Positions 31,850-41,759 of a DNA stretch of 63,067 nt are shown here, piece by piece. The stretch comes from Actinomycetota bacterium (GTDB lineage Bacteria; Actinomycetota; Actinomycetes; S36-B12), in contig JAFMCH010000004.1 in the NCBI GenBank assembly GCA_017857875.1, positions 1 to 63,067 of the forward strand. The letters run 5' to 3'. Below the pieces are notes generated by a model. That model saw only the letters and a list, made by a program, of their open reading frames with translations. It ran no database searches and was not told the DNA's origin. Made by a program: the position numbers and the translations under genes. How positions within the stretch are numbered: position 1 is the stretch's first letter; each line of letters starts with the position of its first letter.

Positions 31850-31871
31850 CGGTTCGGGTGGTGGAACAGCC

Positions 31872-32600
31872 TCAGGCCGTCGTCGGCACCTCGGGTGCCG
31901 ATACGTCGTAGACCGCCCAGTCACCGGGCATTAACGCCGTCAACACCGACACCTTAAGGTCCACGCTCTCCGCGCTTCCCCACCGCACGATGGCACCATC
32001 GCGCAAGACCAAGGTCACATTATTTCGTGTGGAGGCCTCAATCTGATCGGTTTCTTCCCGTAACCATTCGGGTAGTTCGGCCGCGACCGTCAGCGCTGAC
32101 GCCAACCCTGCCCCACTCGCGCGCACGAGGGGCAATTTCGCGGGGCGATTATCGCTTTCGCGCACGACCATGCCCTCTACGTCGACAAGGTCATAGCCAT
32201 CAGGCCCCGCTGCCGCTGCCACGACCAGGCGTGGAGTCACGACAAGCGCGATGGTGTCGGGCCACAGCCGCTCAACGGACACGCTGCGCACACCTGGCAA
32301 TGCCATAACTCGTGTCTCGATTTCCGCCACCGACACACTCGCGATTGAGGTACCCGGTGGAACCGCAGCGACAACTTCAACTTCTGCTGCGAGATCCAAG
32401 TCAGCTTCGGCGGCACCCACCGAGGCCACCGTCACCTGAACCTTGGACACGTTAAACCACGGTGAAAACCAAAGCAGCCAAGCCAACGCCCCAATGACCA
32501 CCATCAGGGCCGCAATGGCTCCAACAATCCAGGCCCGACGGTGTCCTCGCTGCTGATCGCGTTGGCCTGAACCTCGAAGTCTTTGCTCGGTGGCGGTCAC
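31872..32600 (-). CDS. ftsQ: Cell division protein FtsQ
   Basis: N-terminal TM, POTRA region (VRSVSVERLWPDTI), VRWGSAE, YDVSAPEVPT; after murC. Confidence 0.9.
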   Translation of the reverse strand: MTATEQRLRGSGQRDQQRGHRRAWIVGAIAALMVVIGALAWLLWFSPWFNVSKVQVTVASVGAAEADLDLAAEVEVVAAVPPGTSIASVSVAEIETRVMALPGVRSVSVERLWPDTIALVVTPRLVVAAAAGPDGYDLVDVEGMVVRESDNRPAKLPLVRASGAGLASALTVAAELPEWLREETDQIEASTRNNVTLVLRDGAIVRWGSAESVDLKVSVLTALMPGDWAVYDVSAPEVPTTA

Positions 32601-34030
32601 GGATGCAACTTTCGGATGTTGTCGACTATCTGTGTCGCCAGCATTCCCACATCTCCGGCGCCCATCGTCAAAACGAGATCACCGGGTTGCACTCGTTGCG
32701 CCACGAGCGCAGGTACCAGGGACCAGGACGGCTCAAAGACCGCCGATTCGTGACCGTGGCTTTCGACGCTGGAGGTCAAGACCGATCCGCTTGCTCCAGG
32801 AATCGCGTCTTCGCCTGCGGGGTATACCTCAAGAACGATGACATCATCGGCGGCCGCAAGCGCAGCCCCAAAATCGTCCATGAACGCCGCAGTGCGGCTG
32901 TAGCGATGGCTTTGAAAAGCAACGACGACGCGTCCGGATCCGGCGACCTCCCGCGCTGCGGCGATGGTCGCGGCAATCTCTGTCGGGTGGTGGGCGTAGT
33001 CGTCGAAGACTCGAATTGAGCCAACCTGTCCTTTGAATTCAAACCGGCGTCTCGTGCCGGTGAACGACGCCAAGCCCTCACGTAGCGCGGACTCTGGATA
33101 TCCCATCGTGACACCGGCAGCCAAGGCCGCCGTTGCATTCAGCGCATTGTGTCGACCAGGCACCTCCAGCTCGATGGAACCCAGTCGTACTCCCATCTGC
33201 ACCACATCAAAGCTCCACCCCGCTGTCCGGGTGGTGTCCCCATCTTGCCAACGTTCCATGCGGAAATCGGCATCGGCTGATGTGCCGTAGGTGACGACCC
33301 TGATGCCATCTGCTCGGGCTCGCTCACTCAACCGACGACCGCCGGTATCGTCGATGCAGATGACCGCCGTGCCGCCGCTCGCCGACGAAGCGACCAGCCC
33401 CACGAACGAAGCGAAAGCATCATCAATCGCGGCCGCATTGTGCCAATGGTCGAGATGGTCGGGTTCAACGTTGGTCACGACCGCGATATCAGGACTCAGC
33501 TGGAGAAACGAGCCATCACTTTCGTCAGCTTCGACAACGAAGTCTGGCCCCGACCCGAGGTGCGCGTTTGCGCCAGACGCTTGCAGTTCACTGCCGATGA
33601 CAAACGATGGGTCGGCACCCGCGGCCTGTAAGGCAACGGTGAGCATGGACGTTGTCGTCGTCTTACCGTGGGTGCCAGCGATAGCAACGCCTCGGCGTCC
33701 CTCCATGATGCTTGCTAGCGCCCGCGCTCGCGTCCAGGTAGGCAGCCCGCGGGCCACTGCACCGGCAAGCTCTGGATTGTCAGCTGGAATGGCTGTGGAA
33801 GCGACAACTACGCTCAGTGCCGTGCGCCCAAGATCGAGATTTCGCACATCGTGGCCGATTGCGATGTCTGCACCCAGGGCCCGTAGCGCCGCCAATCGTC
33901 GAGACTCCTTTGCATCGCTACCCGAGACACTCTTGCCCTGAGCCAACAACACCCGAGCAATGCCCGACATGCCAGCACCACCGATGCCAATCATGTGCAC
34001 ACGCAGGGATTCCTCATTCATCGACGTCAT
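32597..34030 (-). CDS. murC: UDP-N-acetylmuramate-L-alanine ligase
   Basis: HMIGIGGAGMSG, AGTHGKTTT, VEADESDGSF, DDYAHHPTEI. Confidence 0.97.
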   Translation of the reverse strand: MTSMNEESLRVHMIGIGGAGMSGIARVLLAQGKSVSGSDAKESRRLAALRALGADIAIGHDVRNLDLGRTALSVVVASTAIPADNPELAGAVARGLPTWTRARALASIMEGRRGVAIAGTHGKTTTTSMLTVALQAAGADPSFVIGSELQASGANAHLGSGPDFVVEADESDGSFLQLSPDIAVVTNVEPDHLDHWHNAAAIDDAFASFVGLVASSASGGTAVICIDDTGGRRLSERARADGIRVVTYGTSADADFRMERWQDGDTTRTAGWSFDVVQMGVRLGSIELEVPGRHNALNATAALAAGVTMGYPESALREGLASFTGTRRRFEFKGQVGSIRVFDDYAHHPTEIAATIAAAREVAGSGRVVVAFQSHRYSRTAAFMDDFGAALAAADDVIVLEVYPAGEDAIPGASGSVLTSSVESHGHESAVFEPSWSLVPALVAQRVQPGDLVLTMGAGDVGMLATQIVDNIRKLHP

Positions 34031-35148
34031 GAATGTCGGCCTAACGTGGCAGCTGCTCGCACGATGTCCGCCAGGCGCTCATCGGCATCCAAGACCCCAC
34101 AACTCCTTGCCGCACTTCCCATCTGGGCCAAACCATCCGTATCAGCCAAGATGCCTATGACCCGAGCAACGAGGTCTGTTGCATTGAGATCAGCATCGTT
34201 GACGATAACGCCCCCGCCGGCTGCAATGAGGGGCTGCGCGTTAAGGACCTGTTCGCCGTTACCGATCGGAAGAGGGACGTAGATTGCCGGTATCCCAAGT
34301 GCACTCAACTCTGCGCACGTGGTTGCACCAGCTCGGCAGACCACTAGATCAGCAGCAGCAAACGCCCGATGCATATCGTGCACGTAGGGAACGCTCACGT
34401 AGGCAGGCTCATTGCTCTGCCGCATCGGTGGCCAGGCCGACGTGAGTCCCTGACCTTGAGCACCGGTGATATGCAGTATCTGGACACCCTGCGCTGCAAA
34501 CTGTCGTTGGGCTTGCTCCATCGTTTCGTTGATGTGTCGAGCACCCAGGGAGCCCCCGAAAACCAACAGGGTTGGTGCCTGCTGTGCAAGATTGAAGTGT
34601 TCGCGCGCCGCCATAGCCATTGTTCGTCGCAACTCAGGCGAGGCGTGCGCAAGTTCGCGAATCTCCTTCCGCATAGGCATTCCGATAGTCGCGGCCTGCT
34701 TGATGCTGCCGGGAACTGCCTGGGCGACCCATTCGGTGAGTCGGGCTCCGACTCGGTTGGCAATTCCGGCATGGGCATTGGCTTCATGTACCACCAGGGG
34801 AATTCCGCGTCGACGTGCCGCGAGATAAGCGGGCAGTGCGACGTATCCGCCAAAGCCCACGACGACATCAGGTGCTTCATCGGACAGCAACTTGCTTACC
34901 GCGCGAACCGATACGCCCACACGATACGGCGCTCGCACAAGATCTGTGTTGACTCGTCGGGGCAGCGCCGTCGCCGGCACCGTCTCCAGTCGATAACCAC
35001 GCGGTGGCACTAGATCATTTTCGATCCCGCGATCCGTGCCGACAACGACGACCTCGATACCGGGGTCTTCAGCCGTTAGCGTGTCAGCAAGGGTGAGCGC
35101 CGGTTCAATGTGACCTGCTGATCCACCTGCAGCCAGCAGAACCTTCAT
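34027..35148 (-). CDS. murG: Lipid I GlcNAc transferase MurG
   Basis: AAGGSAGHIEP, GFGGYV, HEAN, FGGSLGA, CRAGATT, GNGEQ. Confidence 0.97.
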   Translation of the reverse strand: MKVLLAAGGSAGHIEPALTLADTLTAEDPGIEVVVVGTDRGIENDLVPPRGYRLETVPATALPRRVNTDLVRAPYRVGVSVRAVSKLLSDEAPDVVVGFGGYVALPAYLAARRRGIPLVVHEANAHAGIANRVGARLTEWVAQAVPGSIKQAATIGMPMRKEIRELAHASPELRRTMAMAAREHFNLAQQAPTLLVFGGSLGARHINETMEQAQRQFAAQGVQILHITGAQGQGLTSAWPPMRQSNEPAYVSVPYVHDMHRAFAAADLVVCRAGATTCAELSALGIPAIYVPLPIGNGEQVLNAQPLIAAGGGVIVNDADLNATDLVARVIGILADTDGLAQMGSAARSCGVLDADERLADIVRAAATLGRHS

Positions 35149-36332
35149 TCGACCTTGGCCCTTTCACCGTGAACGGCCAGGTCGCTGCGACCTGTGTTTC
35201 GAGCGAAAGACAGCAGGATTCCGATACTGAGTAGCAGTGGCACCAGTGACGAACCGCCGTAACTCACCAGCGGCAGGGGAACCCCTGTGATCGGCAGTAA
35301 CCCCAGAACCGCACCGATATTGACGATCGCCTGCACGATGATCCAGGTGCCGATACCGGCTGACGCCAAGCGCACGAAAGTGTCGGTTGAGGTTTGCACA
35401 AGCCTGAAGGCAACGAAAGCGAATACACCGAAGAGAACCAGGACCATCAAGGTGCCGACCAGGCCGAGCTCCTCGCCGATGACGGAGAAGATGAAGTCAG
35501 TGTGAGCCTCAGGCAGACTCCCCCACTTTTCTCGACTGGCACCCAGACCCACGCCCCACCAACCACCCGTTCCCAGCGCGTATTGACCTTGAATCAATTG
35601 CCAGCCATCGCCCAAACGATCCGAGCTGGGATCCAGCCATGACGTGAATCGGCTGAGTCGATAGGGCGCGGCCATGGTGAGTGCGGCAATCGCCCCACCG
35701 GCCAACACGCCTAACAGGACAAACAGTCGCAGCGGCGCACCGGCAGCGAAGAGGATGCCGCCGACGATGGCCGCGATGATGAGCGTGTTGCCCACGTCGC
35801 CCTCAAGAAGCACGAGAACCAGGACCAGCCCAGCGACCGGCAACAGCGGCACAAGCAGGTGTGACCAACGGTCCAGGAGGGATTCTTTGCGCGCCAACAG
35901 ATCCGCTGCCCAGAGAATAATCGCCAGTTTGGCGATTTCCGAGGGCTGCAAACGGAAAGGCCCCACGATGTCGATCCAGTTTTTCTGACCTGATACCTCC
36001 ACGCCAATGATCAAGACCGCCACCAAGAGCACCAGTGCCACAGCAAGGCTCGACCAAGCAGCCATCCGCCAGAGTCGAATCGGCATTCTGCTGGCCACGA
36101 GCAAGCCGGCCATCCCCAACATTGCGAAAAGAGCCTGACGCTGCGCGAGGGTGTAGACCGAATCATGCAGCCGCAGGCTGACAATGCTGGAGGCAGACAA
36201 CACCATCACCAGGCCAAGCGCCAAGAGCAGCACCGTGGCACCAAGGAGCAGGTGAAACAGACCCAGAGGATGCCCCGCGACATACGTCCGGGTACTCGCC
36301 GTGCTGGGCGCATCAGCGGTAGGAGCACTCAC
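35145..36332 (-). CDS. ftsW: SEDS peptidoglycan polymerase FtsW
   Basis: MVLSAS, QPSEIAK, GWQLIQG, LPEAHTDFIFSVIGEELG, TGVPLPLVSYGGSS. Confidence 0.97.
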   Translation of the reverse strand: MSAPTADAPSTASTRTYVAGHPLGLFHLLLGATVLLLALGLVMVLSASSIVSLRLHDSVYTLAQRQALFAMLGMAGLLVASRMPIRLWRMAAWSSLAVALVLLVAVLIIGVEVSGQKNWIDIVGPFRLQPSEIAKLAIILWAADLLARKESLLDRWSHLLVPLLPVAGLVLVLVLLEGDVGNTLIIAAIVGGILFAAGAPLRLFVLLGVLAGGAIAALTMAAPYRLSRFTSWLDPSSDRLGDGWQLIQGQYALGTGGWWGVGLGASREKWGSLPEAHTDFIFSVIGEELGLVGTLMVLVLFGVFAFVAFRLVQTSTDTFVRLASAGIGTWIIVQAIVNIGAVLGLLPITGVPLPLVSYGGSSLVPLLLSIGILLSFARNTGRSDLAVHGERAKVE

Positions 36333-37774
36333 GACGCCTCCGATATAACTTTTGCAACCGCTCGGGCGAACTGATCCCCTCGATCACCGTAATTCATGTA
36401 CATGTCCCACGAGGCACATGCGGGCGCCAACAGCACCGTGTCGCCCTGGCCGGCCAGCTTCCAGGCCATTCGGACGGCCTGCTCCATAGCTTGGGGTCCG
36501 GTTTGTTCGATGTCTACCACCGGCACGTCAGGAGCATGGGCGCGCAGTGCACGAGCAATCTCAGCACGATCAACGCCGATCAGCACCACCCCGGTCAACC
36601 TTGATTTGACGGCTGAGACGAGATCTTCAAATGACTGTCCTTTTGCCTGCCCGCCGGCAATCCATACGACGGAATCACATGCGCCTAGTGACGTGGCCGC
36701 GGCATGGGCGTTTGTCGCCTTGGAGTCATTAATGAACCTGATATCGCCCACACTGCCCAGTGGGGTCATGCGGTGAGGCGCCGGTTGAAAGTTGCGTAAT
36801 CCGGCACCGACAGATCCTGCCGAGACGCCGAAAGCGCGGGCCAAAGCAGCGGCGGCGAGAGCGTTCGACACATAGGCGGGTGTCTGCACCGGGACATCGG
36901 CAATCGTCGCGAGCTCCTGCGCGTGGGTGGCTCGATCATCAATGAATGCCCGATCAACAAGGACATCCTCGACTATTCCCAACATGCTCAGGCTCGGAAC
37001 ACCAAGGGTGAAACCGACGGCGCGACAACCTTCCACCACATCGGCGTCACGAACCATGGCTTCGGTGGCAACGTCATCCACGTTGTAAATACACGCAACC
37101 TGAGTGTTCCGATACACAAGTGCCTTATTGCTGCGGTACTCGTCCATGTTCTCGAAGAAGTCGAGGTGATCAGGAGCCAGGTTCAAACAGGCAGCTGCAA
37201 AAGGTGAAACGGACTCCACGAATGGCATTTGAGTCGCACTGACTTCGACCGCAATGACATCGAGGGATAAATCGCGTACCGCGTCGATGAGTGATTCCCC
37301 GACGTTGCCCGCCGCTGCCACGCGGCGCCCGTCGGCGTGCAATATCGATGCGAGCATGAGCGTTGCCGTGGTTTTGCCATTGGTGCCGGTCACGCACAGC
37401 CACGGGGCTGGACTATGGCGCGAACGCATCCGCCATGCCAATTCGAGTTCACCCCAGATAGGGATACCGGCCGAAAGTGCATCCTGAATAAGGTCAGCTC
37501 CCGGGCGGATGCCCGGTGAAACGACGAACACGTCGGTGTCCGGGTCTGGACCGTCGCTGCACTCGAGGCGAACCGTTCCGCCAAGCACCTCAACGATTTC
37601 CGCGCGATCTCGCAGCACTGGTGAATCAGCGGGGTCGATGACGGTCACCGAAGCGCCCACGTCCAGGAGGGCAGTTGCGGCGGCGTAGCCGGCGACTCCT
37701 AATCCAGCCACAACGGCCGTTATCCCCGACCAGTCGGCCTCGGCATGGGTCAGGGGTGAAAGTTCGCGGCGCAC
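36329..37774 (-). CDS. murD: UDP-MurNAc-L-Ala-D-Glu ligase
   Basis: GLGVAG, VVSPG, TGTNGKTT, AAGNVG, NDSKATN, APACASWDMY; start placed at TAGTG overlap with mraY stop. Confidence 0.96.
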   Translation of the reverse strand: MRRELSPLTHAEADWSGITAVVAGLGVAGYAAATALLDVGASVTVIDPADSPVLRDRAEIVEVLGGTVRLECSDGPDPDTDVFVVSPGIRPGADLIQDALSAGIPIWGELELAWRMRSRHSPAPWLCVTGTNGKTTATLMLASILHADGRRVAAAGNVGESLIDAVRDLSLDVIAVEVSATQMPFVESVSPFAAACLNLAPDHLDFFENMDEYRSNKALVYRNTQVACIYNVDDVATEAMVRDADVVEGCRAVGFTLGVPSLSMLGIVEDVLVDRAFIDDRATHAQELATIADVPVQTPAYVSNALAAAALARAFGVSAGSVGAGLRNFQPAPHRMTPLGSVGDIRFINDSKATNAHAAATSLGACDSVVWIAGGQAKGQSFEDLVSAVKSRLTGVVLIGVDRAEIARALRAHAPDVPVVDIEQTGPQAMEQAVRMAWKLAGQGDTVLLAPACASWDMYMNYGDRGDQFARAVAKVISEAS

Positions 37775-38841
37775 TATACGTTCACCCACTCGGTGTAGAA
37801 CATGGTCAGGCCAAGTCCGATGAACAAGCCCTGGATGATCCAGAAGCGAACAACAATCTGAATCTCCGGCCATCCCTTCATCTCAAAGTGGTGATGCAAC
37901 GGAGCCATCCGCAACAGTCGTCGGTGAAGAATGCGGTAGGAGGCAACCTGCCCGATCACTGAGAGCGAGATGAGCAGGAACAGTCCGCCAAGTGCGGCAA
38001 GCAGTAATTCAGTCCGACTAACGACAGCAAGGCCAGCGATTGCACCGCCTATGGCGAGGGATCCTGTGTCACCCATGAAAATGCGCGCCGGTGAAGTGTT
38101 GTACCAAAGGAAGGCGAAGCAGGCGCCAGCCAGCGCGGCTGCCACGACCGCGAGGTCAAGCGGTGCTGCAGTGTCGTAACACGTGGGACCACCCGTGGAA
38201 AAACAACTCTGGTTGAACTGCCAGATGCCGATGAGTATGTATGCCGCGAAAGTCATGGTTGCTGCGCCGGTTGCGAGCCCATCGAGTCCATCGGTCAAGT
38301 TGACGCCATTGGTTGTCGCAGTGACTAGGAACCAGACCCACAGCACAAAAACCACCGTGGGCAGGACGAAGCCGGTGTCGCGAACGAAGGACACTGCTGT
38401 GGACGCTGGCGTCTCCCCAGCCGCATTCGGAAACTGCAACGCCAGGACCGCGAAGGCAACCGCGACGACGGCCTGGCCGATCAACTTTGTTCGAGCACGA
38501 AGGCCGGTGGCTCGCTGCTTGAAAATCTTCAGGTAGTCGTCAGCCACACCTACGCTGGCTAGACCTAGCATCAAGAACAGGACGAGGATGGCTGACGCGG
38601 TGGGCGGCTGCCAAAACAGCAGGTGCGTCAACCCGTAGGCGACAACCACTGCTGAAACGATCGCCACGCCACCCATTGACGGCGTGCCCCGCTTACCCTC
38701 GTGCTCGGGATAAGGCTCATCCTCGGTTGATACGCGGATGGCTTGGGCGTACCCATGGCGACGCAGGAGGCGAATGAGTAGTGGCGTGGCAACGAATACG
38801 AAAAGCGCCGAGAGCAGCCCGGTTACGACGACGAGCCTCAT
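37774..38841 (-). CDS. mraY: Phospho-MurNAc-pentapeptide transferase
   Basis: GTPSMGG, DDYLK, NGVNLTDGLDGLA, FMGDTGS, MAPLHHHFE. Confidence 0.97.
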   Translation of the reverse strand: MRLVVVTGLLSALFVFVATPLLIRLLRRHGYAQAIRVSTEDEPYPEHEGKRGTPSMGGVAIVSAVVVAYGLTHLLFWQPPTASAILVLFLMLGLASVGVADDYLKIFKQRATGLRARTKLIGQAVVAVAFAVLALQFPNAAGETPASTAVSFVRDTGFVLPTVVFVLWVWFLVTATTNGVNLTDGLDGLATGAATMTFAAYILIGIWQFNQSCFSTGGPTCYDTAAPLDLAVVAAALAGACFAFLWYNTSPARIFMGDTGSLAIGGAIAGLAVVSRTELLLAALGGLFLLISLSVIGQVASYRILHRRLLRMAPLHHHFEMKGWPEIQIVVRFWIIQGLFIGLGLTMFYTEWVNV

Positions 38842-40229
38842 GAGGTACTCACTTCGCTCAAGGCCGCAGCTATCTTCTCGAAACCAAATGAGCGGGATGC
38901 CTTCACCAGCACGACGTCGCCAGGGCGGAGTTGGTCGGCCAGGATTGCGATCGCAGCGTCAACATCAGGCACCCAAGCCGCCTCGTCACCCCACGAACCC
39001 TCCAGGCAGGCACCTAGATGCAGCGGTCGCGTCAGTTCCCCCACGGAAATCAACTTGTTGATGTCCAGGCGCACGATCATGCGACCGAGGTCGTCGTGCT
39101 CGAGCGAACTGTCATCACCTAGCTCTCCCATCGGCCCCAATACTGCCCAGGTTCTACGCCCTGCACCGACAGCCACGAGCGCCTTCAACGCAGCACGCAT
39201 CGACTCTGGATTAGCGTTGTATGCGTCGTTAATGATGGTGACGCCATCCGGACGCGTCGTGACTTCCATCCGCCAGTGACTGCGCGATTGTGCGGTGTTT
39301 AGCGCCGTCACTACTTGGTCAAAATCGATACCCGCAGCCAGTGCCATTGCTGCTGCAGCACAGGCATTAGCAACCTGGTGCTCACCTGTGAGTTGAAGAT
39401 TGATCTGCCCTGATTGACCATCTGACACCAGGGTGAACTCTGGTTCGGCACGCTCATTGAGGCGCACGGATTCAGCCCGAACATCTGCTGTGGCCGATTC
39501 ACCAAACATCACGACCCGTGCCCGCGTGCGGCCGGCCAGTTCGGCCACAACGGGGTTATCGCCATGCAAGACGGCCACTCCACCGTCCGCGGCGCTGGGT
39601 AACCCATCGAGAATCTCGCCCTTGGCAAGCGCAATGGCCTCGCGCGAGCCAAGCATCCCCAGATGCGCACTGCCCACATTGATGACGGCGCCAATTGTCG
39701 GAGCACCGATCTCACACAGGTAGGCAATGTGTCCTGGGCCCCGCATACCCATCTCAAGAACAAGGAAACGAGTGTCCTGCGTGCAGTCGAGGACCGTCAG
39801 GGGCAGGCCCACTTCGGAGTTAAACGACCCTCGCGGCGCCACGGTGGGAGCGACAGACTCCAGCACCGAGGCCAGTAGATCTTTGGCGGTGGTCTTTCCG
39901 CTGGAGCCGGTGAGTGCCAGGATCGTCAGATCCGGCAGTGACCGGCGATAAGCAGCTGCCAAGTGTCCCAGTGCGGCGACCGTGTCGTCGACGATGATTG
40001 CGGGCACACCCAGTTCACGTTCGGCGAGCACCGCCACCGCGCCATCGTCAAGAACCTGCTGGGCAAACACATGGCCATCAACGTTGTCTCCGCGGATCGC
40101 AACAAATAGCGCACCGGTGACGTCCGCTCGCGAATCAATAGCGACCTTGTCAACGAGCAAAGAGCCCTCAGCCAGGTTGAGTCTGCCTCCGACTACCTCG
40201 GCGATTCGCGACAACGACCACGGGATCAT
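38838..40229 (-). CDS. murF: UDP-MurNAc-tripeptide-D-Ala-D-Ala ligase
   Basis: TGSSGKTTAKD, SFNSEVGLPLT, EMGMRGPGHI, NDAYNANPESM, VKASR. Confidence 0.97.
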   Translation of the reverse strand: MIPWSLSRIAEVVGGRLNLAEGSLLVDKVAIDSRADVTGALFVAIRGDNVDGHVFAQQVLDDGAVAVLAERELGVPAIIVDDTVAALGHLAAAYRRSLPDLTILALTGSSGKTTAKDLLASVLESVAPTVAPRGSFNSEVGLPLTVLDCTQDTRFLVLEMGMRGPGHIAYLCEIGAPTIGAVINVGSAHLGMLGSREAIALAKGEILDGLPSAADGGVAVLHGDNPVVAELAGRTRARVVMFGESATADVRAESVRLNERAEPEFTLVSDGQSGQINLQLTGEHQVANACAAAAMALAAGIDFDQVVTALNTAQSRSHWRMEVTTRPDGVTIINDAYNANPESMRAALKALVAVGAGRRTWAVLGPMGELGDDSSLEHDDLGRMIVRLDINKLISVGELTRPLHLGACLEGSWGDEAAWVPDVDAAIAILADQLRPGDVVLVKASRSFGFEKIAAALSEVSTS

Positions 40230-41755
40230 GTCGGCCCACCCGCTGCAAACCGATTGTCGATGTATTGGCGCGCCTCGTCGCGGTCGTCGAAGGGGTAGAT
40301 GACGCCCTCGATTTCCTGCCCCGCTTCATGGCCTTTGCCCAGGATCACCACGGTGTCTGCCGTATCTGCCAGTGAAATCGCTCGCCCGATGGCTTCTCGT
40401 CGATCACCGATGTTGATTACACCGGTCCTCTGTTGCGCAGTCATTTCTGTCATCATTGCCGACCGAATGTCATCTGGGTTCTCGCCACGCGGGTTGTCAT
40501 CGGTGATTATCAGCAAATCGGAATACGCCGCGGCGATTCGACCCATTTCCGGTCGCTTGGCGCGGTCTCGGTCACCACCACACCCCAGCACACAGATAAC
40601 ACGACCAGTACCTCCCAGCGACGAGAGCACGCGCTCGACTGCATCGGGTGTATGGGCGTAATCCACGATCACTGAATAGTCTTGGCCGGCGTCTATCAGT
40701 TCCATTCGACCCGGCACGCGTGCACTGCTAAACGCCGAATTTATGAGCCCATCGTCAATGCTCAGAAGATGCGCGATCGTCCACGCCAACAGCGCATTCG
40801 CGGCATTGAATTCAGCCGGCATCGCGATCGTTACCTGATGCGTTGAACCATCAGGAGACCGGATCGTCAAGTGTTGGCGACCCCGCACATCGGTCGTTCG
40901 GGCGATACATCGATAGTCAGCGTCGACCTCTGGCACGAGCGACACAGTTGTGACCGGGACCCGAGCCTCCTGAGACAGCCGTCGGCCCCACGCGTCATCA
41001 ACGGCAACAACGGCTCGGGCGCTGAATGCCGGCGTGAACAGTTTCGCCTTGGCCGAGAAGTACGCTTCCATCGTTCCGTGAAAATCCAGGTGATCTTGTG
41101 AAAGATTCGTGAAGGCGGCAATGTCAAAGCGCACGCCATCAACCCGGTTCAGTTCGAGTGCGTGACTGGACACCTCCATCGCCACCGCCACCGCACCATC
41201 ATCACGAAGGCGCGCTAGCAGTGCGTGCAGTGCCGGGGCCTCGGGAGTTGTCCGCGCCGCGGGGAAGGCCACCCCATCGAAGGAAGTTCCTGCCGTCCCA
41301 ATCACGCCGGTCGCAATCTGAGCTTTTCTTAGCGCGCTACCTACCAGGTGGGCGACGGTTGTCTTTCCGTTTGTGCCGGTAATGCCCACGGTGGTGAGTT
41401 CCCGCGACGGATAGCCATAAATCTGTGCCGATATTGCCCCGAGCACCGCTCGCGGATGCTCAGCCACCAGGGTCGGCAATCCATTCGCTGATGCCACGCC
41501 TGCTTCGTCAGTGAGGCACGCGACCGCCCCATTGCTGATGGCTTCGCTGAGGTGGAGACGTCCGTGCGTATGTTCACCGGGAAGCGCAGCGAAGAGGTCC
41601 CCGGGCCTTACTTCACGGGAATCAAGGGTGATTCCCGTGACCATCGTGCGCTCATCACCACGCACTCGCAGGATTGATTGCCGTTGCGCAATCGCGGCTA
41701 GGGAAACGGGTTGCGCTCGTGGACGAGGATCCCAACGAGAGGGCATCGACGACAC
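40226..41755 (-). CDS. murE: UDP-MurNAc-dipeptide-DAP ligase
   Basis: GITGTNGKTT, RTTPEA, MEVSSHAL, TNLSQDHLDFH, DYAHTPDA, DNPR (DAP-type), GKGHE; start approximate. Confidence 0.96.
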   Translation of the reverse strand: MSSMPSRWDPRPRAQPVSLAAIAQRQSILRVRGDERTMVTGITLDSREVRPGDLFAALPGEHTHGRLHLSEAISNGAVACLTDEAGVASANGLPTLVAEHPRAVLGAISAQIYGYPSRELTTVGITGTNGKTTVAHLVGSALRKAQIATGVIGTAGTSFDGVAFPAARTTPEAPALHALLARLRDDGAVAVAMEVSSHALELNRVDGVRFDIAAFTNLSQDHLDFHGTMEAYFSAKAKLFTPAFSARAVVAVDDAWGRRLSQEARVPVTTVSLVPEVDADYRCIARTTDVRGRQHLTIRSPDGSTHQVTIAMPAEFNAANALLAWTIAHLLSIDDGLINSAFSSARVPGRMELIDAGQDYSVIVDYAHTPDAVERVLSSLGGTGRVICVLGCGGDRDRAKRPEMGRIAAAYSDLLIITDDNPRGENPDDIRSAMMTEMTAQQRTGVINIGDRREAIGRAISLADTADTVVILGKGHEAGQEIEGVIYPFDDRDEARQYIDNRFAAGGPT

Positions 41756-41759
41756 GGCT

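Noticed and set aside
30250-31871. Arsenic cassette as a transposon or integrative element
   Set aside because: No transposase, integrase, terminal inverted repeats or flanking direct repeats seen; reported only as an insertion relative to usual synteny.
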